Source: Octopus vulgaris
Taxonomy: Eukaryota
DNA: 64,000 nucleotides
NCBI GenBank assembly: GCA_951406725.2
Contig: OX597825.1
Location: forward strand, 77,376,001-77,440,000
Reading direction: 5' to 3'
A model generated the notes under the pieces. That model saw nothing but the letters and a program-made list of their open reading frames with translations. It did no database searches and had not been told where the DNA came from. Positions 1-16,712 of this stretch are shown in pieces. The position numbers and the translations under genes are program-made. The stretch's first letter is position 1; every line of letters starts with the position of its first letter.

Positions 1-1228
1 GTGGTGCCAAGATGAATTCTTTGCAGAATCTGTCATAACCTCTTTAATTTCTGTGTCTGGATCTCACTTCGGTTCACGTTACCTTTCCTTCCAGCACTGC
101 TCGACAAATAAAATATCAGTTACACGCTGATAATAATGTGCGCGTATATATATACAAGCAAAACGCCCCCGTCCAATGGACGGTGCTGAGTTGTCAAACA
201 TTTAAACCAAGTATTTGTTAAGCTTGAGCACGACAAAAATACTCTAGATACTGGTCAAAACAATGAGCCAATGCAGAATTCTGGTACCCTATAGAATTGA
301 AGTATCTAATGGTCTTGGTCAAGAGAGAAGAACTTAAGAAAAGGGTATTTAAAGCTTCTCTGCGACTGGCCATATCGATCTGGACAGTATTCAAATTTCG
401 AAGAATTCCGAAAAAATGTTTTTATTTTTTCTTGTGTTTCTCACATTTGATTGCGACCATTCTGGTGTGTCGCCTCAAAGAGTTTGGTCGATCAAATTGA
501 CCTGAAAATTCTTGTAAGTCTGTTATGCATTCTACGTTTCCCTGTCTATTTTTGACTGGACTATCAAGTTACGGGAATGTAAACAAACCAAGACCTTAGA
601 CACGCACATACACACACAAACACAAACATTATGTGTATATATATGTGTGTGTAGTAAAAAAAAACAGTAAAGTTCCTTCCGGAGTCATTTAGACTCACAG
701 GACCGGTTTCCTGGTTTCGATGTCATATATATGTCCCATTGCACACGATGCAAATCCGTCGCAGGATTACTCAAGTTTGCTAGATGAGAGGCTTGGAGCA
801 ACGTGAAATGAACTGTTCTGATGAGGAACACAACACGTCGGCCGGTCGAGAAATCGAAAGCACAATCTTACAATCATGATTCACTCAAACCACTAAGCCA
901 CGCGCCTCCACCATATATATGCGTAATGGGCTCTCTTCATTTCACCGTTGTTATATCTTTTTTAATAGTATAACATTTAACGGTGAGACAGACACAGAAA
1001 CATTGTGGTGCCAAGATGAATTCTTTGCAGAATCTATCTTAGCCTCTTTAAGTTATGTGTTTGGATCCCACTCCGGTTCACGTTACCTTTCCTTCCAGCA
1101 CTGGTCGACAAATAAAATACCAGTTACACGCTGAGGTCATTCTGTCGATAATAATGTGCGCGTATATATATACGAGAAAAACGCCCCCGTCCAATGGACG
1201 GTGCTGAGTTGTCAAACATTTAAACCAA
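1..1228 (+). repeat. Local direct duplication (1-210 and 1005-1228); more diverged third copy at ~3320-3510
   Basis: GTGGTGCCAAGATGAATTCTTTGCAGAATC ... GTCAAACATTTAAACCAA is present twice at high identity and includes a decayed family-A SINE core. Confidence 0.85.
664..909 (-). mobile_element. SINE related to family C (same head/core, different tail)
   Basis: Minus strand GGAGGCGCGTGGCTTAGTGGTT head and TTCATTTCACGTTGCTCC core. Confidence 0.6.
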
Positions 1229-1519
1229 ATTTTCTCAAAGCAACTTGTCCGACCGTCCCATAGACCTCCCTTTTGATAAACACTGATTTAACTTTTGGTT
1301 GAGATACCACCAAAAGAAGAAATAAAATAGACTTTTTTTCTATTCCAAAGAAAAACGATTTCCCATGGCTTTATCGATCGCATTCTCACCTGGAATCGAT
1401 TTTTGGAATTTTTTCAAGACTTATACACGTCCTATCTATATATCAAATTTGAGCGCAATCGGATGGAGGATGCCAGAGATCCTAGAAGCCTCCCACACAC
1501 AGGCAGACAGAACGGATTT

Positions 1520-1527
<8 letters not shown>
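1171..1527 (+). mobile_element. Probable Helentron-associated non-autonomous element (HINE/DINE-1-like)
   Basis: 5' hairpin CCGTCC-AAT-GGACGG after TATA; 3' CAAATTTGAGCGCAATCGGATG ... ACAGGCAGACAG ... TTTTATATA, resembling HINE ends. Confidence 0.4.
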
Positions 1528-1567
<40 letters not shown>

Positions 1568-1641
1568 TGTGAAAAGCACATACTTTAGATAGAAAGACAG
1601 AGGAATTCATACATACATAGATAAATAAATGAATATATATA

Positions 1642-1688
<47 letters not shown>

Positions 1689-1692
1689 ACAA

Positions 1693-1801
<109 letters not shown>

Positions 1802-2728
1802 CGCATAAAACCTGGATTTTCCGAAACTAGAAACTCTGTTTTAAAGAGGCAGTCAATTTGATAAATACATAAATACCACGTTATCAATCATACTCGCTAT
1901 AAGTACATATTGTATAATAACATATCATCTATTATTAAGAACAAATTAAGTGGAAAATATACTATAAAATTAACTTCGCTTGAATCATGTAAATAATACA
2001 AATGCTGGAGGAATTTACTAAAACAAGGCATTTTGTGTTGGTTTTCTTTTTTTATAATTATGGCTGCATTTTTATATTTTATATTTTCTAAAACTAATAT
2101 ATCTCGTTGGTGGTGGTCTTTCTTTCTTGTCTTTCATTCTTTTTTTCTTGTTTCTTTCTTGTTTTCATCTTCCATGTGGCTTCTCTTTACTTACAATTTC
2201 TCAATTGCATCTTAATAACTCTATATGCTTTTCTTGTGTATAACACACATCTATAATAATATGAATTACCGAATTGTTTTCTGGTCTGTCGGTTGCTGGT
2301 GTGTGGTGTTCAACAGTTTATATGTTACTATATAATTTATCCGGTCGCTTCTTCAAAGAATATTGCTAATATCTTCTTTAAACGAAAACATATTTTTTTC
2401 TTAAACACCGATTGATATTCCATTCATCTATTATCATAAATATTATTTATATCGGTATGATTATTATTAATGATATCATTATCATAAACATTATTATTAC
2501 AAGCGATGTATAATGATTAATTGTTGATAAAATTATTCACGGTTTATTTATAAAATATTATTATAATCTTTTGAATCGTTTGAAATCATAAATCTCGTTT
2601 AGCTAATGAGAAGGTGATTAAGTAACGTTAAATAATGAGATTTTAAACAACTCCATTTTATCTTGCATTGCTTTCATCTTATTAACAGGTATTCAATACA
2701 ATTGTTGTTATTATTATTATTATTATCA

Positions 2729-3123
<395 letters not shown>

Positions 3124-3819
3124 CAGTATTATTATTATCATTATTATTATTGGTATGACTATTGTTTTTCTTTTTCGTGAGATGCGATAGTCCCTTAAGC
3201 AAGATGGTGTATATGGGCATTTCGCTGTTGAGTGAAATACTCATATCTATTCAATTTGATTGTTTTCTTTCCTTGAGCAATATTCACGTCTCAATTTGTC
3301 CACGATTATTGTTCACTATTGTTTCTCTTTTTTTAATACTATAACTTTTAACTGTGAGACTGACCCAGAAATGCAATGGCACCAAGACGAATCTTTGGTA
3401 GAATCTATCTTAGCGTGTTTAATTTCTGTGTTTGGATCTCACTTAGGTCTACTTTACCTTTCATCCCGAAACGGGTCGATAAATAAAGTACCAGTTACAC
3501 ACTGGGGACATTCAGTCGATAATTTAATAGAAAATGTATGGCTTTTTTGGCAGTGATTGAAATGTATATTTGTAATTGATGGCTGCAGCAAAAAAGAAAC
3601 AAAACATAATCGAAAGCCATTATCTTCCATGTTGTCAACTATTATTGTTGTTGTTGTTGTTGTTGTTGTTGTAAATGTACCTTTGTTAATGTTATTGTTG
3701 TTGTTGTTGTCTTCGTTGTTGCTGTTGTCGGAATATATTTTGTGAATGCTTATGTTTATATTGTCTCAATCAATGTGTTTGCCTTATGTTTATGATATAT
3801 GTATGCACATACTACGCAC

Positions 3820-3887
<68 letters not shown>

Positions 3888-3958
3888 TACGAGGTGTATT
3901 TGCATATATGTTTGTGTATCTATGTTTACATATATATATGTATGTATATATATATATG

Positions 3959-4009
<51 letters not shown>

Positions 4010-5516
4010 GATGTTCACTGATGTAGTTTGATCCTCAGGCTCCTCACATTCAGTTTCTAGTCGAGGAAGCAGTGTGGAGATGCACAGAGCAGTATCTCAC
4101 AAATGTCAAAAACTTTTCTTTTTCCTTTCACATCACTACACCACTCTTATTTTAACTACCTTCATATCTTACCTCCTAAAACAAACATCTCGTGTGATGG
4201 TGGCGGCGGTGGTGGCGGTGGTGGTTGTGGTGGTGGTGGTGGTGGGTTTTGGTCGTGGTGTTGCTGTTAATGGTGGTGCTGATGTTACGCAGTGGTATCC
4301 CTGCTTTAATAAAACTTTCCCATTAATGCCAGTTTGATATCATTTTCCTCCCTCCCTCCCTTCTTTCTTTCGCTCTTTCTTTCTCTTTCTGTCTTTATAT
4401 ATATTTATATTTTTTTTCATTTCTTTTCTAAAACCATTTTTTTTCTTCCTTCTTTTAAAAAATTGCCTTTTATAATCATATCACTGGTTGATTTATGTTT
4501 TCTTTCTTCCTCTTTCTCACGTCTCACCATTCTGTTTTTCGTCTTAACTTTGAGCTGTCTCTCTAAAAGTCGCCCATCTCCTAACCAGTGTCTCTATTAA
4601 TGGTTTAAAAACTACTCTTCCTCATAACTCCCAGCTTAATAATAAATCCACTTCCCTAATAAAACGGTTTGGTTGTGTAAAACATACTTTCTATCGCTCA
4701 CACTTTCATGCACACAGACACACATGCATATCCGGCTTACAGGCCCACATTCATAAACATCGTTTAATGGCATCGATTTTCATTGTTTATCTCCTCACAC
4801 ATTGCCATTTGGTTCACCCTTCACGATCGTTATTCACTTTACTGATCACTATGCAGAATACTTCAGTATGTATTGTCTATATACACGCCTTCTTCACATT
4901 GTTTAAACACCTTCTTCGCTTTATTCATTTCACCTCACATTGTCGTCACTTCGTTGCCGATGTCTTTATTGCCACAGCATTTTCAACGTTCATAAACCAT
5001 CCGTATCACTTAATTCTCTATTAACACCACATCTAAACTGTAAATCTTCACGTTGAACATTTGATTAAACAGGTAGAGCAAACTGAAACACATATAAAAC
5101 AAAATATCAAATACGTTGTTTATTAAACATGAGAGTTCGGAGTGAAATATATAAATTAATGAAAGTTTTAGATGAAAATAAATAAAACGAAATTATTTTC
5201 TTTTGTGCATAAGTATTTGTGTATGAAATTTTTCATTAAGTGGAATTTGTGCTCAAGAATTAACATATACCAATAGACACACAAAAAATATAATGAATGA
5301 CCATACAATATCAAAGTTATCCAATGATTCACATGTGTTACATAAACCTAATCATTAGTCTGGAAAATTACCAATTCAAAATAACTCAAAAATTTATATT
5401 ATTGCAGTGCATAGTGAATTTATAGTCAATTTTCACATAAAATGCAGTTTTATTTCGGCTATTAACAAACCCCCACAGAAGAAGCATAATGTTCTTGCAA
5501 AACTGCAACTTGCATT

Positions 5517-5572
<56 letters not shown>

Positions 5573-7530
5573 GTATGTATGTATGTATACTATAATAAAG
5601 AAAGGAAGAAAATACAAACACATATATACAGATATGCATATATGTATGTATATATACATGTTTGAGTGTATGCAGATGAATACACAAACACACACACACA
5701 TACACACACACACACCCATATATTATATACACACACATACATACATATACATAAAACTGGTTAACTGTGATATGAGAATCATCCATCATAAAATACAATT
5801 TTACTGTAATAGATGTACATATAGATGGGCAGAGAGGTTATTAGAAAGAAAGACGTAGGAAAAAAAGACGATGTTGAAGTGGAAGAATAGGCTAATATTA
5901 TGATATTTTATAATGTCAAAAGTGAATAGCGTATATCTCATTTTATTTTAATCCACTTCGCTGCTATAATTCCTACCCCAAGTTAAATACACAGCCTATA
6001 TAGTCAGCTTAGTAACAATATAATATAAATACAATACCATTGATTGATGTCACACATAGACGAATATACTAAAGGACATAGCGATGCAGAAGAGTACCAC
6101 ACATGCATATAACTACAAGAGCTCACACTCTGAAACATTACACACACACACACATTTGATAATTTCGAAATTAAAGTGATTCTATTATTTCTTATATTGC
6201 ACTTAATCAATTGTTTTGTGGTAGTTAATGACATTTCTTTTCTTATATTCCATTTTTTTTTTATTATTAGAATCGTATTACTTTTCCGTTCCTTTCGGGG
6301 TTTTTTTTTTTCTTACCTTTTATTTGAATTCTGGACTAAGAAATATAGATTTTAACCTTCGGATATTCAATACACTTTGTCTTTAAAGCTTTTGTGAATA
6401 TAACTCGCTCATTTACTCTATAATAGTATCGTAAGTCAACACATTAAATAAATAACAATATTATTCCTTTGAAAATAGTGTCAAATTTCGATCGCGAATC
6501 AATGACTTCGGATAATTGTGCTATTCATATAAATAATTCATATAAATATTGACTCCTCCCCATTTAATCTTTATTGCACTGTCGTCTTTGTGTTTTTCTG
6601 TTTGTATTACTTCCCTTTTATGCACTCTTTTACGTACATACAATACACTCTACGCCATAAAACAAACACGTTACACACTCACACACACACACACGCACTC
6701 GGAAATGTTTGTATATCTGTAATGTTTTTCTGTTACTGTTATTATTTTCTGTTATTCTGTTATATGACATTCAACGTGTATTGCTTTAGGAATATAAAAT
6801 AATGGACAGGAAACGAGTATTACTAGAATGTTCTAGAGCTCTAAGAGGTTTAGGGAATCAGGGAAGATAATTCAGAAACTACGTCTATTCTAAACAAACG
6901 GTCAATGCACAAGAAACTTTATCCATAAGACTGTCACTCATCACACTTCCAATGATATGAAACTAATCAGGATAAAATGTACTTAAAATATTCTAATTAT
7001 GTTATTATGTATTTCAGTTTCTTACGGCATTTAATGTATTCAATTTCAAACACAAAGGGAGTAGTATATGTCAAGAAATATTCGTAATATGAATGTGTAT
7101 ATGAGGGACTGCTGGTGTACTTGCTATTTTAAATTTTACATTCCACTTACTGTGAACAAAGTCTACTAGTGTAGAATATATATATATATATATTTGTTTA
7201 ATTGGTTATTTGTTTTGTTTTTGTATTGTTTAAGTTTTAGCAAAAGATCTTTAAAAATCCAACACATACAAGATGACCAGAAAGCAGAAACCGTGGAAGG
7301 AGTGTATAAATACATAGAGAGACAGAGATATATATAGCAGGTTTATGTTTACAAATGAATGGAAGTGTAGGAAGCATATATCCAATCCGGTAAAGTAGAG
7401 TGGGACATAATTTATTAGAATGTGAAGAACCATAAATGGTGACTTCGAGTTTCACATTGTCAGTATTTCGACGAATATACACGTGCATATACAAATATGT
7501 ATGTATAATCTTGATTTCATGTTTTTAATC

Positions 7531-7600
<70 letters not shown>

Positions 7601-7622
7601 TAGATAGATAGATAGATAGAAT

Positions 7623-7693
<71 letters not shown>

Positions 7694-10600
7694 GTGAGGA
7701 CAGACAGGAAGAACTAGCACGTTTAAGGAAAAATGCTAAGTAGAATGCACATGGAATGTAATGCTTGCTTACGTACACTTATGTTTTTACATATAAATTG
7801 GTCGGAGCATATTTTGCGTAGATTTAGATGCTATGTCCATATATAGGCATCAATATCTATACCGATGTATCAAAGCCAAGCATAGAAACGTAAACGAACA
7901 CAAAATTCTTGGCACCTTTTTTGTATTGTAAACAATAATTCGCGTGTGAATGTAAAATTTGATACAAAAGAAATCAGGCGCTAACTAAAGGGGTCGACTA
8001 ATATTCTTTTTTTTTTGTTTGTTTTTATCTAAAGGTTTATTTTCGTACATTTTGATTTCCTCTATAAGTAGCAATTAACAATATGTCAATAAAGGAAATC
8101 TTTGCCAATAATCGTTAAGAATAGAGGCGTCAGTGATTGGCTTTACTTATTGGGATTTTTTTTTCTGTTTTGTGTGCGTGATATAAATTTATTTGTTTCC
8201 TGCTTGTTTCTGTAACTAAGAATTAAAACTGAATAAACTTCTAGTTGTGTGATTTCTGAATTTTAGACTATATTATGTATTTCATATAATATGTTATTAT
8301 ATGGTATGATATGTTTCTGTTTAATGTGTATTAAGGTTATCATCAAGTAGTAAAAAAAATATATACATATTTTAGTTATAGTAAAGGAACAAGAATTGAC
8401 AGCTCAAATTTTGGCAAACGGGATTCCATAGCGTAGAATCATACATGTTGCATAATATTGCGTAACTTTACATTATTACGTAACCATGTTATTTCATCAG
8501 ACGATATTGAGCCTTTTACTGGCAAAATCAAGCTGTCATGTTTATATTATATTTTAATTATATAAATGTCATCCTGGGTATAGAGCTGTACAATACTACT
8601 TTTATTTGTTTTCTTGTAAATTGTTTGTCATTATACGCAACGAAATTACATCTGTAATTCTATAAACCATTAATCTAAAACAAATATAATAAACTTCCTT
8701 TCTCGACCACTATTTTTTTTTGTCGATAATCAACGTTAATTCCAAATTCTAAAAGTCATATATCTAAGAACAAAATATTAATATCAGAATACGTCATCGA
8801 CTTCTGATCATGCCTCAAGAAACTTTTATTTTCAAAAAAAACTCTGAGCTAAAATAATTCATGATTAAGATTTATGTAAATTTGGAATCTTTCGTTTTTC
8901 TAATTCACATAAATCTCCCAAATCCCAATTGCTTTGACCTTAGTTTCTTATTTACCAATTTCCTTAATTGAATTTATGACATAAATTCTGTTATTTCGCC
9001 AGTCATTTATTTACGATACTCATGAATGGCTGAAATTCAGAATTATATATTAGATATTAAACTAAGAAAGATTTTCGTGATTCTCGGGAAATTTCTAATT
9101 AGCGAGAGACTTTATTTCGTTTTGAAACTCCTAACTTATCGTTAGCATAAAGGCAATTATGAACACTTTATGTAATGTGAATACATATTCTAAAATCAAT
9201 TTTTTGCATAGAATAAATTCTATGTGCTTTCGGTATTTTTGTAGCTTCTATTGAAGTTACTAAAAATATCATATTCTTCAAAGAATCATTAAGATTCAAA
9301 TATGTTTCCTCTATCCATAAAAAAATAAAGAGTTGAAAAAATATAGACCTCCGTATGTTTACTTTAGCACAAGAGAATCCCCTAAGATAATTATTGTCAG
9401 GGAGAGGTTATTTGGAATGGATGGTTTTATTAACAAGCAATTAAGAGAAACAGTTTTTGAAGACACCCTAACAAACTACCACTGTGTTTTAAACCTTGAA
9501 ATCACGTTAAAATAAATTATGATTTTCAATATCATTATCATTTAATTTCAGTGGTAATGTGTTTAATATAAGCGTCCGATTCTGCTTGCCTCATTTGGTT
9601 CATAAGGCAGTCGTTAATGCTAAAACAATGTGACTGTCAGACAAACTCTGCAGGTTTGTTTCCCTTTTATAACAATCTTTAGTGTTAGATGCTTATTGAA
9701 TTAGATCATAATTTCGAATATACCTCAGAATCCATGAATATATCTACGTCGTAATGTACGATGAAAAGCTGTTGTTAAAAATAATTCCCTAGTAACAAAA
9801 GCAGTGTAATTAAAATGGTTTGAAATATAAATCTTAAATACTAAGAAGTTGATGGTTATGTAATACTGTAAAAGACTTTCAAATTAAATCACGTAAAATT
9901 TCCTTAAATTTTATTTTCTAAAATCATATTGAAAACCACCACTGTTTTCATAATTTATTGCGAGATATTTTTGAAGAATATGAGGGGCGATGACATTTGG
10001 TATGAGTCTTGAATAATAACGCATGGAGGAAATAATTAATGCGAAATGGCAATAACATTGAATTTACAGATCGCAATTTCCTGATTACCATATATGACAG
10101 CAGTTACGAAGAATTCGTACGATCTGAATGGCGCTTGAATAAGAAGTATTCAAGGAGCACGTTTTCTTACAAATGTTATGAATACGGGCTTGAAACTGGA
10201 CAGCAATGCAGTTATTGTAAAATAACATATGCTTTGGGAGCAATGTTTGCATATATAATTCACGTGTTTCTGTATACAACATGTATAAAATTTAGATTAA
10301 ATGTGTTTGCAGAAAATGAAATATTATGTATGTTTATACAAGACAGTTGAATAAACTGATCTGTTGAATAAATAAAAATGACAATGTTGCAATGCATGTG
10401 TTATAGAAAAACCGCTTTATACATATGTTCACCAATTAATGTTACTTTTTCGGGTACATGTATAGGTGAACAGGTAAATGTTTATGGGGTGCATGAGGGA
10501 AATGCAGTTAAAGTAATATACATAATGAATTTACGCAAAATACTGAATTTTTATTTTTTTTAACAAGTCTTGTGGCTGAAAAGTTAAGTTGACAACGAAT

Positions 10601-11184
10601 GATTTGCTTTTGCTTAATATGTTCGTTATTTCTGTTGGAAAGGTTAACAGCCACCTTGATTACAATCTTATATAGCCAAAATGGCGGACAGAGTAGTCCT
10701 CTGTAATTGGCTGGAATAAAACCGGTGAAAGCACGATAACGTTGCTTGTGCATGCGAGATCCGCTATAGACCTAAAAAGTGTTAAGTAAAAAGAAAAAAA
10801 AGTTTGAGAAATAAACCCATCTTAACAGATTTATATCTATCTGTATGTCTGCTTTTCTGTGCGTCGGTGTGAGTGGTTTTCCGTATTTCCTTGCAATGTT
10901 TGCTTGTATTTATTTTTTCCTTGTTGGTAAATCCACATTAAGCAAAAGATAATAAACTTATGTATCTAGTTCTATGATTCCGAAGGTTCGAATTACTGAA
11001 AACAAAAGTCCGTGTCACAGGGTAGCTTCGAGGTTTAATTATTAGTCTGATTATATTCTAAACACAATAATAATTCATTTTATTTCAAACAGTAAAAAAA
11101 CAAACGCTAAACATAAAACAAAATTCTGTTTTATATTAATTATATTCCGTTAACTTTTCGTTTTGACTTTGATGCATTGGCTGA

Positions 11185-11248
<64 letters not shown>

Positions 11249-11488
11249 GTTATTGTTATTGTTGTTGTTGTTACTATTACTTTTGTTGTTGTTGTTATCG
11301 TCGTTTTTTTTTTTTGCTTTAAAATAGTTAATTGTAAGAGAAAACAGAAAAGCAAAAATCCTTTTTTATACGTGGATTACACAGTATCGTAGGCAGCAGT
11401 TACTTTTAAACCATTTTATCAATATTTACTTTAAGTTACATATCCCAATACAAACATATATACATACATACTTACACACATACACACA

Positions 11489-11524
<36 letters not shown>

Positions 11525-11851
11525 TATTTACATATTTATTAACAGGATAGGTGTCTGGTTATATTCAAACGTAAAGATCCTGTGGATCTCACAACCCTAA
11601 TACTCAACAATGTCAAATTACTCGAACCAATATTTTTGAATATGACTCTCAAAAAGCTATACCAGCCTGTAGATTATACCAACCACCGAACTGGACACCA
11701 CTACATTGTACAGAAAGTCCCGTCCACTCCATCTGGAGTAAGGACTCAGAGTGGTAAAAGCTTAGATTTCAAGAGCCAATAAATTCTCGACATCACCAAA
11801 ATCATCCTATAGGACATTTCCATTATGTATATGCTCATCTGTGAAATCTAA

Positions 11852-11947
<96 letters not shown>

Positions 11948-11950
<3 letters not shown>

Positions 11951-12056
11951 TATTTTTATTTTTATAGCGTGCTTTCACTTCACTACCGAGCGCAGCTTCT
12001 GTGTGCCTTGGGTATGTGCTGTGATTTGTTGTGATGCTCTGATGGTTATTGTATGG

Positions 12057-12062
<6 letters not shown>
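11948..12062 (-). mobile_element. Short 3' end of a probable Dong/R4-like element embedded in (TAA)n
   Basis: About 115-bp complex island with (ATT)n on both sides; minus strand begins ACACTTTCCATACAATAA (TLSIQ*) and ends ACTG-(AAT)n. Confidence 0.5.
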
Positions 12063-12138
<76 letters not shown>

Positions 12139-12714
12139 CATCATCATTATTATTGTTGTTGTTGTTTAGTGAGAGAGCAGTACATGTCATCAAGGTGACA
12201 CTGAGGTACAAATATACGAAGCCCATTAAATCAACCATGACTGCTCGTCTAAGTGTACATCAGGCACGTGCATTACAACCATACGTGCGCGACACGGTGA
12301 TCTCATATCAAAATAAATAGCACATGACCTTACTGGTGCTACCCAGTTAGAATTTTGTTCAAGTCGGGTAGCCCATCCCGATCAAAAAGTCCCTGGATAA
12401 GTGTTATTTAAGGATGATGAACGAAATACCCATGTTTTCAGAGGTGAATTATTCAAACTCCCAAAATTCCTCTCAACACATGACTATGATGCTCCCCAAC
12501 TACTTCTGTTCGTGATCAGAGATGCAAATATTGTCAGCTATTAAGGCACATGTTCAACAGGCTGTGGTTAAGCAACCGACAAGTAAATCTGCGGTATTGA
12601 GCAGAATATTTGCTGTAGCCCATTTTTTACACCTAGACAAAAGGTGACCATGTTAACCTTCCAATCTGTTAAGATCAGAAGCCATGAGAACCACTACTTG
12701 TCTTGCATCAGGGC

Positions 12715-12753
<39 letters not shown>

Positions 12754-12821
12754 CATCATCATCATTATCATTGGTGTGTGTGTAACTAATTCCTGAAAAA
12801 CATAATGGCTTAATATAATTA

Positions 12822-13020
12822 TGGTGGTGAACTGGTAGAAAGATGGACAAAATGTTTAGCGGCTTTTCGTTCGCTTTTACGCTCTGAGTTCAAATCTGTC
12901 GAGGTCATCTTTGCTTTTCATCCTTTCGGGGTTCATAAAATAAGTGCCAGTTGAGTACTTGAGACGATGTAATCGACTTAACCCCTGCCCCGAAGAGCAG
13001 GCCTTGTGCCAAAAATTTCG
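12822..13020 (+). mobile_element. SINE family A (diverged)
   Basis: Same head and core as 2828-3037. Confidence 0.75.
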
Positions 13021-13167
13021 TAGAATTTTTTATGATTTTTTAAAATTCAAAGTTCATCCTCTTCCAATGAAATCGGTAAAATATTTACCAGAAACAATTT
13101 TGTCATTGCTTCCAGAGAAGGAGCCAACTTCTTTCAAAACAGTTGGTCTTGTGCTTATTCAGAAGAA

Positions 13168-13188
13168 AGCAGCGGTAGTAGTAGCAGT

Positions 13189-13220
<32 letters not shown>

Positions 13221-13491
13221 TAGTAATAGTAGTAGTATCAACAGCATTAGCAGCAGTAATCGTAGGTAGGGGCAGCAGCAGCAGCAGTTGTGGGTGTAGT
13301 GTTCGTCGTCGTGGTAGTAGTATTAGTTTTAATAACAATAGTAGTAGTGGTAGCAACAGTAGTTGTAGTGATGGTGTTGGTACAGATGTTATTTGTATTT
13401 GTCGCGGTAGTAGTAGCAGTAATATTTGTAGTTTTGGTAGTGGTGGTGGTGGTCGTCGTCGTCGTTGTCTTTGTCGTTGTAGTGCGGCAGT

Positions 13492-13559
<68 letters not shown>

Positions 13560-13710
13560 AAGCGTTGGTTGTGGTAATTGTAGTGGTGGTATGGTGGTGG
13601 ATGGTATAGTAACATTAAATGTATGTTGTAGCGTTCGCAGCAGCCGCAACAATGGCAGTAGCTTGCATAAAACGGAATCATACGAATTTAGCGCGTTTAA
13701 TTGAGAAAAC

Positions 13711-13782
<72 letters not shown>
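13168..13782. repeat. (GTA)n/(GCA)n/(GGT)n low-complexity block
   Basis: Direct reading; a similar block lies at 16293-16865. Confidence 0.9.
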
Positions 13783-13783
<1 letters not shown>

Positions 13784-13909
13784 AACGTGCCATCTATATT
13801 AGTTACGTTTGCTTGCGGTGTGATTTTCAAAATGTCTGCCGCGTTTGTTGAATGGCGACGCTTTCAGTTTATGTTTATTATATTGAAATGCACGTAAAAT
13901 CAAGAAACA

Positions 13910-13941
<32 letters not shown>

Positions 13942-13968
13942 TACTATTATTATTATTATTATTACTAC

Positions 13969-14032
<64 letters not shown>

Positions 14033-14108
14033 GCAGATGTTTTTTGTTGTCGTTTAATTTCTATTTGTTGGTAATGTATGTTGTTATAGTAATAGAATTT
14101 TTTATGTA

Positions 14109-14178
<70 letters not shown>

Positions 14179-15967
14179 GAGTCAAAACCACTATGATGCA
14201 AATCAAACAAAGAAAGACTTAAGCCAATACATAAAATAATTTATATAAATTTAGAAATTTAACAATTATAAATAACCACTACGATCGTTTCATGTCTTAT
14301 TTCAGCACATCTTTGAGACATATACACACACGTTCTTATATATACAAACATATATCTATAATATATAGAAATAACTGTATGTATGTATATTACATATGTA
14401 AGCTATATGTCTATGTAACTTAGAACTAACAAATATAAGTTAAATAAATGTTAATAACAACCAATTTAGTTACAACGAATATCAATTTGTTAATTGTCCT
14501 CATCATTTGCAGATATTTAGCCGGGAAAGTGTTATATTCAGAGCAAGAAACCAAACGGACTCTGAGAGTAATAATAATGCAAGCTCGTATAGTTTATTTG
14601 TTCGGTAAATTCGTGATATTAAAATACCTAAACACGCCCAAAGTGACATTTTCTTTGTTTACAAAAAAAAAAATATATACAGGACACTAATAAGAAATTA
14701 TCATATATCAGTAATCCAGTATTATAATGTTGTATAGTTTTTTTGTAAGTAGCTTTTGTGGTGCGGAGATGCCTAATACTTATGATCAACGACTAACTAC
14801 GATAAGAAACGAAGTCATTTTAAGATTCTTTAAATAAAGACACATTTTTTTATTGACTCGGCATATTTACAAATAAGATATGTAAATATGTCGTGTCGAT
14901 TAACATACTGTAACTATTTTGTGTTAAGTTAGAAGTAGACGTTAGAACCCCAAACCTTTTTTACCGTCTTTTGTGTACAAGCACAATTCCTAGGTGTGTC
15001 TCTAACAAAGATATAATTTGTCGATAAAGTACTACAAAATATTCATTCATTAAAAAACATGTAAATATGTTTTGAGATATTGCAGTATGATAAAGTTATT
15101 GAACAGTTTATCAAATTTGTGATACACAGGAAGCTTAGTAATATATTGCTCAAGCGATATTTACGCATTTTCTACTGAGAATACGCCATTAATGATCCGA
15201 AGTGTTTCATCCAAAATTAATCAGTTAATTCAAATGATATATGTATATGATATTATCGCTGTTGAGGGTTGATAAAATCGATTCCACTATTTCAGGTCGT
15301 GTTTTAAATTGATAAATTATAATTGTTGCAGAAAGAAAAAGAATTACAACGTCATCAAACTCCAAAAGGAAAGGATGTATTTTGAAATTCAAATTTAATA
15401 AATCGCATCAAATAATATCATAAAAGAAATGGGTAGCAATTTATCAGACTATGATGTAAACGTTATATTTCGACAAAATATATATCCAGAAACACGTACA
15501 CAAGTTCATATATATATATAGGGACATATAATACTAGTGCTCTCCATAAAAAAAGCACGCCTACCCCCATCCTGCAATAAACCCGATCGATTTGTAAAAC
15601 ACCCCCAGAATCTTTTATTTCTAGTTTTCTTGCTGAGATTTGTGCAATGACCTGTATATATACGGTATGTATGCACAACTAGATTTTTTGAAGAATCAAA
15701 TGCACAAACGTGTACTAAGTCGATGTGCTCTCAACACATGAGCGCAAGCATATTACACAACCATATATATGACTACTTCAAATTACATTTCAGTATTGAC
15801 CAATCCCTGGCTGGTGCTAGCGTGATTTAAACCAAAATGTCTTGTCAAATTGTTAGCAAACTATTTAAAATCAACGCAGAAACGTCAATTATTCTCAAAG
15901 GAAAACACACGCAAACACATACACACATATACACACACACATACACACACATGTATATATGTATGTA

Positions 15968-16074
<107 letters not shown>

Positions 16075-16303
16075 GTATGTGTATAAGTGTGTTTATATAT
16101 ACCTGCTGCACATATTTATACACACAGACGCATACGCATGAGTTTGTTCAAAAAATAACCCTCATCATATTCGAGATGAATGCATTGTGACAAAGCATTT
16201 TTTAAAATGATTTTAAATTAATCCGAATATCTTTATTAATAATATTTTTATTATTATTTTAATCCTTGATTTCATTATTATTTACAGCAGGAAGTAGTAG
16301 TCA

Positions 16304-16355
<52 letters not shown>

Positions 16356-16664
16356 GGTGGTGGTTGTGTCAGCCACAGCATCTGTTGTCCCAACTGTAGT
16401 AACTGTTTGCATAATTCGTTAATTTATAGTTACAAATTTGTGGCTAGTGTTTGTTTGTTCTCTTGTACTAGTAATTGTAGTTGTGTTAGTAGTAGTAGTA
16501 CTAGTAGCAGAAGTAGTAGAGGCAGCAGTGGTCGCAGCAGCCGCAGTAGCAACAGAATCCGCAGCAGCAGCAACGGTGCAATCATTAGCAGCTTCATAAG
16601 TGTTTTGTCTATATTTCCCACCCAATCGCCAAATACAGCGCCAGCAAAATCAAAAAAAAATGTC

Positions 16665-16712
<48 letters not shown>

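Noticed and set aside
818-860. CTGATGA hammerhead core
   Set aside because: It lies in a decayed SINE core and has no stem II followed by GAAA, and no stem I.
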